From Octopus sinensis (taxonomy: Eukaryota): a stretch of DNA of 16,940 nucleotides. A program made the position numbers and the translations under genes. Below are positions 1-8,440 of this stretch, piece after piece. Each line of letters starts with the position of its first letter. The first letter of the stretch is position 1. The stretch is from positions 1-16,940 of the forward strand of contig NW_021824952.1 of assembly GCF_006345805.1 (NCBI RefSeq). The letters run 5' to 3'. Under the pieces are notes generated by a model. The model was not told the DNA's origin. It was given only the letters and a program-made list of their open reading frames with translations, and searched no databases.

Positions 1-1240
1 AAAAGTATTAAAAGTTTAATAAATAGTAAACACTACGATCGTTTCATGGCTGTACAATTCGTAATAATTCGAGTTATAGTTACAGTCAATCTTCAGGTTA
101 ATTGAAAAATCTAAAATATAATCAGAAATATTTATACAATATTTTAAAGATATAAATAATATAATACAATCGATCTCAGATCAAATTACTTGCTATGCGA
201 GTACATCTCCAAAAAATAATATAATAATTTTACTTATAATAAACTCTATTATCAAACTAGAACATAAAACTTAACAATTATGATTATATCAAAATCGACT
301 ATAATGTTAAATAATAATGTTAATTTATAAGGTAGGAAACCCCCAATAATCTAATATCGGTATTAATCTTATCTAATTACATAAATATTAAAAAATGACT
401 ATTATATATAAATATCAATGAAAATATATAAATGTATATAAATATTATAATTAAGATCTAAAATAATCTCTATAAATAAATATATATATGCACATACAAT
501 AAAAACCTAATAAATTAATTTTTCATATTTAAAGATGAAATAGCTAATTTCAAAATACAAATAAACAAACTTAAACGAACTTTCGGAAATCTTATGTAAA
601 ATACTTATAGAAATAATCAATTCGTAGTAATATAGTATCGAATAAATACTATAAATACTATGAATATAATTATGAATGGGAATAAATAGCGAATATCAAT
701 TTTAAAAAATAACCAAGTTATGCTATTAAATTAGACATGGCCTGGACCAATCTTTAGTCGAAACATATCTAAGTTTATCAAAGTTTATCTAATTTAATTA
801 TAAATTTAAAACTACAATTAATACTATTAAAACATGTATATACAAAAGCCTATCTTATACAACCTCGTACTTGCTATCAATAACAAATCTATCGCTAAGT
901 ATCTTACGAATAAACTTAAATTTAATATCTAATAATATAGAAAATTAACGATAATTAGATCATTACATACACAACGATATTTACATAAGGAAAATATTAT
1001 TACACCAAAGACTTATACAATATTAAAATTTACAATTTGAAGATCTTTAATATAAATAAATAATATAATTAATTAATTTATGTATTGGCTTATGTTTTCC
1101 ATTGTTTGATTTGCCTAATAGTGGTTTATCTCTAAGTGAATATAAATAATATAATATATTTATACTATAAAATTGGATTTAATCCTAAATCTGATTTTTC
1201 CCTGTAAGTTTTGGATTATTCCCTATATTTTATTATATTA
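1..1240 (+). mobile_element. Heavily decayed 3' part of a Penelope-like element (RT thumb, linker, GIY-YIG region, terminus), open at the window start
   Basis: Frameshifted motifs occur in the expected order: HYD-(S)FH...YSQ-x-RL (31-103; cf. PLE HYxSxHP...IPYSQxLR), FTYNK (~228-242), KPPII*YR (337-360; cf. PPxIAYRRPKNL) and GNLM*...QFVV (585-627; weak GIY-YIG-like). The stretch 1185-1240 (aaatctgatttttccctgtaagttttggattattccct) resembles an octopus PLE terminus as I recall it. Stop codons in all frames. Confidence 0.5.
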
Positions 1241-1258
1241 CATACATATATATATAAT

Positions 1259-1289
<31 letters not shown>

Positions 1290-1300
1290 TATATATATAC
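1241..1300. repeat. (TA)n microsatellite
   Basis: Directly visible; it is the internal microsatellite of the adjacent minus-strand SINE. Confidence 0.95.
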
Positions 1301-1450
1301 GACGGGCTTCTTTCAGTTTCCGTCTACCAATCCACTCACAAGCCTTGGTTGGCCAGGCTATAATAGAAGACACTTTGCCCAAGGTGCCACGCGGTGGGGC
1401 TGAACCCGGACCATGTAGTACGTAACCAAGTTGCTTACCTCACAGCCACT
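1301..1450 (-). mobile_element. tRNA-derived SINE family 1, copy A (5' half only)
   Basis: The reverse complement reads agtggctgtgaggtaag...ggtccgggttcagcccc...ggcaccttgggcaaagtgtcttcta...gaaactgaaagaagcccgtc, matching copies at 5334, 12530 and 14746. Pol III A-box-like TGGCTGTGAGG and B-box-like GGTTCAGCCCC are present. It ends at the internal (TA)n, with no 3' half. Confidence 0.9.
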
Positions 1451-1538
1451 CATCTTGGGCAATGTCTTCTACTGCAGCCTTGGATAAAGCATGGCTTGTT
1501 AGTGAATTTGGTAGATAGAAACTTAAAGAAGCCCATTG

Positions 1539-1596
<58 letters not shown>

Positions 1597-1898
1597 GTGT
1601 GTGTGTGTGTGTTTGTGAGTCTGTGTGTGTGTGTTCGTGTGTCTGTGTGTGGTAACCATGTGTTTGTGTGTGTCTTTGCATCTGTATTTAACCCCCACCT
1701 CCATCCGCTTGACAACCTAATGCTGGTGTGCTTATGTCCGTGTAACTTAGCGGTTCGGCAAAAAAAAACCCGAAAGAATAGGTATTAGGCTTTAATAAAA
1801 ATAAGTACTGGTATCGAGTCATTCGACTAAAAGTTCTTGAAAGCGAGATGCCCCAGCATGGCCGGAGTCAAATGACTACAGCAAGTAAAATATAAAAG
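1451..1898 (+). mobile_element. SINE family 1, copy B (head-truncated, more diverged), with internal (TA)n(TG)n
   Basis: catcttgggcaatgtcttcta...aaagaagccc, then (TA)n(TG)n at 1538-1680, then ttgacaacc...taacttagcggttcggcaaaa...cagcatggccggagtcaaatgact...aagtaaaa, matching the 3' halves of the other copies. Confidence 0.88.
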
Positions 1899-2239
1899 AC
1901 ATACAAAGACATATGATTCCGTGTATGTATATGCGAGTGCGTACATGTGTATGCGTGTGTTATGCGTTTATGTATCTGCGTGTTTGTCCGTAGTAAATAA
2001 TATGTAGGTGCGTATAAATATTTGCATGTTATTAAACATAATATTAAGCGTCAGAGCGCCCTTGTTCGGTTTTATATGTTGTTTTGTGGTTCAAAGCAGT
2101 AAGTCAGTGTTTAGCAGAACACGGCATGTGTTGCATGTTGTTGGAATGTGCCATCAATGTGACAGCAGACTCTTAGGTCTACTGCTGCTATATAATGTAA
2201 AACTTGATTAACAAAACACAGGCTCTGTCTCATTGCACT

Positions 2240-2818
2240 TTCACTCACTATTCTATTCGCTCATTCGCTCATTCGCTCATTCACTCATTCAATCAATCAC
2301 TCACTCATTCACTCGATTAATCATTCACTCACTCGATCACTCACTACGTGCATTCATTATGTACATACATACATACATACATACATACATACAAACATAC
2401 ATACATACATACATACAAACATACATACATACATACAAACATACATACATACATACATACAAACATACATACAAACATACATACATACAAACATCCATAC
2501 ATACATCCATCCATACATACATACATACATACATACATAAATACATACATACATAAATACATACATACATACATACATACATACATACATACATACATAC
2601 ATACATACAAACATACATACATACATACATACAAACATACATACATACAAACATACATACATACATACATACAAACATACATACAAACATACATACATAC
2701 AAACATCCATACGTACATCCATCCATACATCCATACATAAATACATACATACATACATACATACATACATACATACATACATACATACATACATACATAC
2801 ATACATACATACTTACAT
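2240..2818. repeat. Compound tetranucleotide array: degenerate (CATT/CACT)n, then (CATA)n with CAAA/CATC/TAAA variants
   Basis: Directly visible; it is the source of the MYVC/HTYI pseudo-ORFs. Confidence 0.97.
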
Positions 2819-2829
2819 AAAAGCATTCA

Positions 2830-3346
2830 CAAACACACTTTCACACACACACACACGCACACTCACACACACATCCACACAGAAACGTGCGTATATATGT
2901 GCATATACATACATACATGCATACATAATACAAACACAAATGCATTTTAGACACACACACACACATACACACAGAAGCACACACATTATATGCATATACA
3001 TACACAGATTTCGTGCATATAAACATATATATATTGCTTATACACTTTTGAGTGTGTGTGTGTATGTGTGTGTGTATATGTGTGTGTTGTGTGTGTGTCT
3101 GAGTGAGTGCCTGTATGTGTTCATGCGTATTATATTGGGAAATATTTCCAATTGTTTTACCGTCTATTTTTATATATGTGTATATATATGATATATGATA
3201 GTATATTATATACTCAATTTCATGTTATACTTACTATAGTTGATTGTATATTGAGAATTATACATAAATACGCTCACATACACACACGAATAAATACATA
3301 CACACACAAGCACACACACACACGCACACACATACATACACACACG

Positions 3347-3379
<33 letters not shown>

Positions 3380-3389
3380 TCTATGTATG

Positions 3390-3423
<34 letters not shown>

Positions 3424-3460
3424 TGTATGTGTATGTATGTATGTATGTATGTATGTATGT
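2830..3460. repeat. Mixed (CA)n/(TG)n/(TA)n/(TATG)n low-complexity tract
   Basis: Directly visible. Confidence 0.9.
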
Positions 3461-3462
3461 AT

Positions 3463-3664
3463 AGGCTGCACGGTAAAAAGCATGTTTTCCATCCACATGG
3501 TTCCGAGTTCAGTGTCACTGCATGGCACCTTGGACAAGTGTCTTTTACTATAGCTTCAGGCCGACCAAAGCATTGTGAGTGGATTTGGAAGACCTGAAAA
3601 CCGAAAGAAGGCCGTCCTATATATATATGTATTATGTATGTATGTATGTATGTATGTATGTATG

Positions 3665-3752
<88 letters not shown>

Positions 3753-3935
3753 GTGCTTGTCGTTGTGTCTGTGTTTGTTGGTGTGTTTACGCCTCCGTAC
3801 GGTTCGGCAAAAAGAGACCGATAGAATAAGTTTCAGGCTTATAAAGAAGTCCTGGAGTCGATTAATTCGGTTAAATATTCAAGACGATGTCCCAGCTTGG
3901 GCGCAGTTTAATGGCTGAAACAAATAAAAGACAAA
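3463..3935 (+). mobile_element. SINE family 1, copy C (near full length, diverged, internal (TATG)n(TA)n)
   Basis: cacatggttccgagttcagtgtcactgcatggcaccttggacaagtgtc...ccgaccaaagcattgtgagtggatttgg, then a microsatellite, then cggttcggcaaaaagagaccgatagaataag...cagcttgggcgcagtttaatggctgaaacaaataaaag. Confidence 0.88.
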
Positions 3936-4279
3936 ACATAATTATACATAGATATATACATATAAATATGCGTGTTGTGTTTGTGTTTATGTATACATGT
4001 ATGTATGTGTGTGTATATAATATATATATAATCAAATCTCGCATGGTCATTCTCAAGAGACTGTATCTTAGTAACGAGTACCATGCTTTCAAAAGATTTT
4101 TTAGGTCTTCATGTCATCGAAGACATAACCTCAGACATCCTTTAATCTCTCCGTCTCACGACATACCGAAACTACAAAATATCCAGGATGTTACAGCTAG
4201 AGTGAGAGACACAGAGAAAAGACTGAGAGAGCGGGAAAACTAGACTGAGAGAGCGGGAAAAAGAGGGGTAGCTACAATC

Positions 4280-4319
<40 letters not shown>

Positions 4320-4512
4320 TAAAATCTAGGGTGGAAGAGAGAAGTGGGGAGCTACATTATACCTGGTACTCATTCTCATGCGAAGTGGTCGGGTGCCTAC
4401 TTAAAGATATAATGCGTTACTCGGTACTACAATCCGGAACCCCTGCTTTGTTATAGACCACTAGTTTGCGCGCCGCCTCGTGTATATGGGTGTGTGAGTG
4501 TATAAATCATGT

Positions 4513-4535
<23 letters not shown>

Positions 4536-4549
<14 letters not shown>

Positions 4550-5049
4550 TGTAGTTGTGTGAGTGTCTGTCCCCTTCGATTTAGATTCCTAACTCCTCCC
4601 ACATTTTGCGGTGCAGTTTAACCAAATTTGGGTATCTTATAGACGTGATTAATATCGAGCCCGTCTGGCTATTAGCGCGCGTCTACGATGAGTCTACGAT
4701 TTAAAAATAATTTAACATCATTTTTTTATTCCATTTTAATGCATAATTTTTCGTGTGTCGATGGCGGCGGAGTTGGCGTCCACGCTCAAACACCTGCACC
4801 TGTGTTTGCTTCTTCCCCTTCGTCCCTCCCTCGTGAAGCTGTGGGGAAGGGAGTGTAAGGAAATCAACGTCGTAATGCGTTGTCAAGGAGACCAGCGTTC
4901 TTTTAGAACAACGACTTCATGGCTTGAAGACACCAAAACAGAAATGGCTAAGAAAGCCCGAATTGGCATCTATAAGGGAAGTAACTCTCTAAAAATGCTT
5001 ATATAGTTATTTCCCTTACAAACCCGAGCAAGGCCGGGCGATACTGCTA

Positions 5050-5050
<1 letters not shown>
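4536..5050 (+). mobile_element. Non-autonomous Helitron (Helitron1-type) inserted in a (TA)n tract
   Basis: The 3' end has the Helitron pattern: hairpin CCCG-agcaaggc-CGGG (5023-5038), CTAG 8 nt later (5047-5050), followed by T. The 5' part (tatataaaactgtagttgtgtgagtgtctgtcc...aaccaaatttgggtat) resembles the 5' ends of Lep1-like Helitrons. There are no TIRs or TSD, and (TA)n lies on both sides. The 5' TC is not distinguishable. Confidence 0.7.
4761..5006 (+). other. Uninterrupted 81-aa ORF (MAAELASTLKHLHL...KMLI) inside the Helitron; coding status unknown
   Basis: First ATG at 4761 (the track starts at GTG 4755), stop at 5004-5006. Non-repetitive and GC/CpG-rich, with no family motif recognised. 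Confidence 0.2.
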
Positions 5051-5114
<64 letters not shown>

Positions 5115-5227
5115 TTATATATAATAAGTGAGAGAGAGAGAAAAAGAAAGAGAGGGGTGAAAAGAAAGAGAAAAAGACACAGAAAGGTAGCTGAATAGTT
5201 AGATACACATAACTACATACAAACATA

Positions 5228-5264
<37 letters not shown>

Positions 5265-5280
5265 ACATACATAGATATAG
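5051..5280. repeat. (TA)n, GA-rich and (CA)n microsatellites
   Basis: Directly visible. Confidence 0.92.
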
Positions 5281-5333
5281 ATATACATTCGTTAGTTACA
5301 GGACTATATATATATTTATTTATGTATGTATAA

Positions 5334-5461
5334 CGCAGGAGTTGCTATGTGGTAAGTAGTTCCGGGTTCAGTCCCACTGCGAGGCACCTTGGGCAAGTGT
5401 CTTCTACTATAGCCTCGGACCGACCAAAGAATTTGGTAGACGGAATTGAAGTCCGTCTTAC

Positions 5462-5519
<58 letters not shown>

Positions 5520-5742
5520 TGTATGCGTGTGTATATATTATTTGTGTGTCTGTGTTTTTCCCAACCAACATCTCTTGACAGCCGATCCTAGTGTTTTCGT
5601 CCCCGTAACTTAGCGGTTCGGCAAACGAGACCGATAGAATACGTACAATGATTACAAGGAATAAATCCTGGGGTCGATTTGCTTGACTAAAGGTGGTGCT
5701 CCAGCATGGCCGCAGTCAAATGACTGAAAGAAGTAAAAGAGT
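5334..5742 (+). mobile_element. SINE family 1, copy D (full length, ~20-bp deletion in the tRNA-like head)
   Basis: cgcaggagttgctatgtggtaagta[deletion]gttccgggttcagtcccactgcgaggcaccttgggcaagtgtcttctactatagcc...(TA)n...cgtaacttagcggttcggcaaacgagaccgatag...ccagcatggccgcagtcaaatgactgaaagaagtaaaagag. Confidence 0.92.
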
Positions 5743-5830
5743 GTGTGTGTGTGTGTCTGTCTCTGTGTGTGTGTGTGTGTATGTCTGTGTATGTCTGTGT
5801 GTGTGTTTGGTTGTGCGTGTGTGTGTGCTT

Positions 5831-6137
5831 GTGGCTCAGCTATTCATATCGCGATCATAAGTTTGTGGGGCTCGAAAACCAGCGACATGTTGAGTCCTTG
5901 AGCAAAGAGACTTTACACCTCGTTACTCAAGTCCATTCACCTCGTTACTCAAGTCCTTTGAGTTGTACCAGCGTTTCAAAGGTGCCAGCCTTGTCGCATT
6001 CTGTGCCATGCTGAATCCCCCTGAGAACTACATTAAGGGTACACGTGCCCGTAGAGTGCCCAGCCACTTGCACGTATATTTCATGAGCAGGCTGTTCCGC
6101 TGATCGGATCAACTGGGAAACTTGTCGTCGTAACCGA
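5831..6137 (+). mobile_element. tRNA-derived SINE family 2 (CORE-SINE-like), decayed full-length copy
   Basis: Degenerate head, then gtccttgagcaaagagacttt...cgttactcaagtcc (CORE-like, matching 10346-10490 in reverse), then the tail gctgaatccccctgagaactacattaagggtacacgtg...gatcggatcaactgg...gtcgtcgtaaccga that I recall from octopus repeats. Ohshima and Okada described OK/OR1/OR2 octopus SINEs; I cannot assign those names. Confidence 0.7.
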
Positions 6138-6149
6138 TGTGTATATATT

Positions 6150-6204
6150 TATTTATTTTTTATTTTATTTTATCTAGTTTCAGCTCACGAGCTGTGGCCA
6201 TGCT
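6150..6204 (-). mobile_element. 3' tail fragment of a SINE related to family 1 (variant tail)
   Basis: The reverse complement agcatggccacagctcgtgagctgaaactagataaaataaaataa parallels the family 1 tail agcatggccgcagtcaaatgactgaaacaagtaaaag and has an A-rich end. Confidence 0.7.
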
Positions 6205-6207
6205 ATA

Positions 6208-6254
<47 letters not shown>

Positions 6255-6467
6255 TATATAACAGACATCCTCACGACGATATATACCTTCCTAATATATA
6301 TATATATACACACACGTAAGATGGGACAAATGTCACGCACAAAATATGGAGTTGTCAAAGGCTTGCTTCAATTTTTCTAAAGTTGAATAAAATAAATAAA
6401 ATGATGATGAATACATTCAATCTTGTACATGACGAACAAAATAAATAATAGTAGTAGTAGTAGTAGT

Positions 6468-6979
6468 AATGTTGAAGGTAAAAATATCATTATGCTCTGA
6501 GATTTTCCAAGAGAACGATGTAGGCTAATCGACCAGACATAGTCATTAAAGACAGGGAGAAAATACTTGTAGATTAATAGATGTAAGTGTTCCCACCGAT
6601 AAAGATATATTTGTCAAGGAATTTGGCAAACTAAGTAATATAAAGATCTGGAAATTGAAATGCAAAAGATGTGACATATTAAAACGAGAATTGCTCCTGT
6701 TATTGTAGTTTCCCTAGATATGATCAAAAAGGGATGTCAGAAACATCTGGATAACATCCAAGGAGAACCATGTCTCATAGAAATCCAAAAGATTGTGCTG
6801 ATTAGTATATGTAAGGATAGAACACTTATAAAAATCGTCATTGCTTATAAAAATCGTCAAAGAATTCTTTGCTGGGTTCTTGAGGCATGACCAGTAAACA
6901 AGTGTCACCTTAGTCTGCTGGCTGTGGACAGCTGACACTGTCTATGATATCCAGCAAAATAGGCTGAGAGCTTTCATCA

Positions 6980-7066
<87 letters not shown>

Positions 7067-7091
7067 AATAATAATAATAATAATAATAATA
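6468..7091 (+). mobile_element. 5'-truncated R4/Dong-clade non-LTR retrotransposon: REL endonuclease relic, 3' UTR and (TAA)n tail
   Basis: Frameshifted translation: ML*DFP..ANRPDIVIKD..TCRLIDVSVP..KEFGKLS-YKDLEIEMQKM*HIKTRIAPVIV..MIKKGCQKHLDNIQGEPCLIEIQKIVL...RILCWVLEA* (stop 6888-6890). The PD (6533-6538)...D (6580-6582)...K arrangement is the restriction-like endonuclease motif. The tail follows at 6979. Confidence 0.88.
6979..7091. repeat. (AAT)n(AAC)n(AAT)n compound trinucleotide repeat
   Basis: Directly visible; it is the source of the poly-Leu pseudo-ORF. Confidence 0.97.
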
Positions 7092-7144
7092 TTGCAGTAT
7101 AATAAAATGTCAAATGTTTTGGTGCGTAACATTTAGACTAACCT

Positions 7145-7305
7145 CTGCGCGCGCGTGTGTGTGTGCGCGTGTGTGTGTGCGTATGTGTATGTGTTTGTGT
7201 GTGTGGTTGTGTGTGTGTTTGTGTCTGTCTGTATGCATGTATTATGTTTGTATGTATGTATGTATGTATATATGTATGCATGCATGCATGTATGCATGTA
7301 TGTAC
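7145..7305. repeat. (CG)n/(TG)n/(TATG)n/(TGCA)n tract
   Basis: Directly visible. Confidence 0.9.
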
Positions 7306-7324
7306 AGGGGTTCTAGCCGTTAGA

Positions 7325-8150
7325 TAAGGAAAATTCTTAATTAAAATGTCTCGATAATCCAAGCAACATTGAAAGAACCAGTTTAAATGCAGATGAATGA
7401 TTACATCATATAATATAACATTTACTATTTTTCAGTTATATATATATCTACGTTGATCTACATGAAATGTATCTCAATTTAATGTATTGCCGTCAAATTA
7501 GAGTTAATGGGAATGGTTTGAAATAAATTTAATTTACTGGATATTCTCGTTGAGTTTCACGATAAATAGGGTAGTGATCCTTTCATAAATAAAGAGAAAA
7601 AATTAACTATGCTTAAATTCTTATTTATTTAAATTTTTAAACAACTCTCACTCATTCGAAATAGCGTCCAATGTTTGGATATTTATGAATTGCAAAACAG
7701 TTAGTCCATCATCACGGTAAAGCCCGAACGCTGTGCAGCTTAAGATCACTCAGAGTTGAGAATAATATCAAGATGTGCAATCTTACTTCAGAGACCTCAT
7801 TTTTCTCATAGAACTCCATACCTACTTCAAGCAATTCTATGTTGTTAGGTTCAATTCATATGAATTTTTATATATAATAATATTATATCAACTTAATAAA
7901 AACTGACAAAATTCCAAAGACGCTTTTGAAATAGAGAGGAGGAAGTCCACTTGATTGAATTTTAATCATGTACTTCGTACTACATTCCCGGACTTCATGT
8001 AATTCCAAATACCATTCCATTAATCTATAATACACCTTTCTGAATTTGGATTATCAGAATAATATTCAAGGTGTTCTGATAATCCAGTCGGAAGAATTAT
8101 AGATTTCCTAACAATTTTGCCAGAATTTTCGAAAATCTATTGCAAGAAGT
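7325..8150 (-). mobile_element. Penelope-like element RT relic (GLYRDDG type)
   Basis: Minus-strand frameshifted motifs occur in order: VDFLLSISK (cf. DFYPSISK, ~7925-7950), LEVGMEFYEKNEVSE (cf. FDVTMGSYDGAEVCE), FGLYRDDGL (GLYRDDG = 7705-7725), NLSIVNF, KLNENIQ*IKFISNHS (cf. KPNxxxxYIxxxSNHPP) and ILIKNFP (cf. LIDKHFP). Confidence 0.85.
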
Positions 8151-8440
8151 TGGTGTTCAGTTCATGTTAGTTTCTAATAACTGTCTGTCTATGTGTGCGT
8201 AAGTGAGTGTGTGTGATTGTGTGTATATCTGGTGTATGTGTGTATGTGCGTGTATGTAAATGTGCGTGTTTGTTTGTGTTTGAGTGTGGTTTGTGTGTGT
8301 TTGAGTGAGGTGTGTAGTAAGTAGTGTGTTCAGTTTACAAAAATGTAAGTCATGATCCTGAAATCATTGAAGGAAGAACCGTTTATAAATGACCATTATG
8401 TATTTGGATAGACATGTATGTACGCGCGCGTGTGTGTATC

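Noticed and set aside
40-750. Gypsy integrase-like words (YSQSSG, TWPGP)
   Set aside because: The spacing is too long and no DDE is visible. The PLE reading explains more motifs in order and fits the terminus at 1185-1240.
399-1040. Long frame closed only by TAA/TAG, suggesting a ciliate genetic code
   Set aside because: TGA is rare here because G is rare, and another frame is similarly open. The PLE-like motifs are spread across frames.
1-1080. Mitochondrial insertion (NUMT)
   Set aside because: I recognised no mitochondrial protein, rRNA or tRNA motif on either strand, though I did not translate the minus strand exhaustively.
1394-3918. Many 60-160 aa ORFs (MYVC, HTYI, CVCV repeats)
   Set aside because: They are translations of (CATA)n, (CA)n and (TA)n arrays that lack stops in some frames. 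No coding evidence.
3887-4243. 118-aa ORF
   Set aside because: It spans a SINE tail, microsatellites and unclassified sequence. No domain is recognisable.
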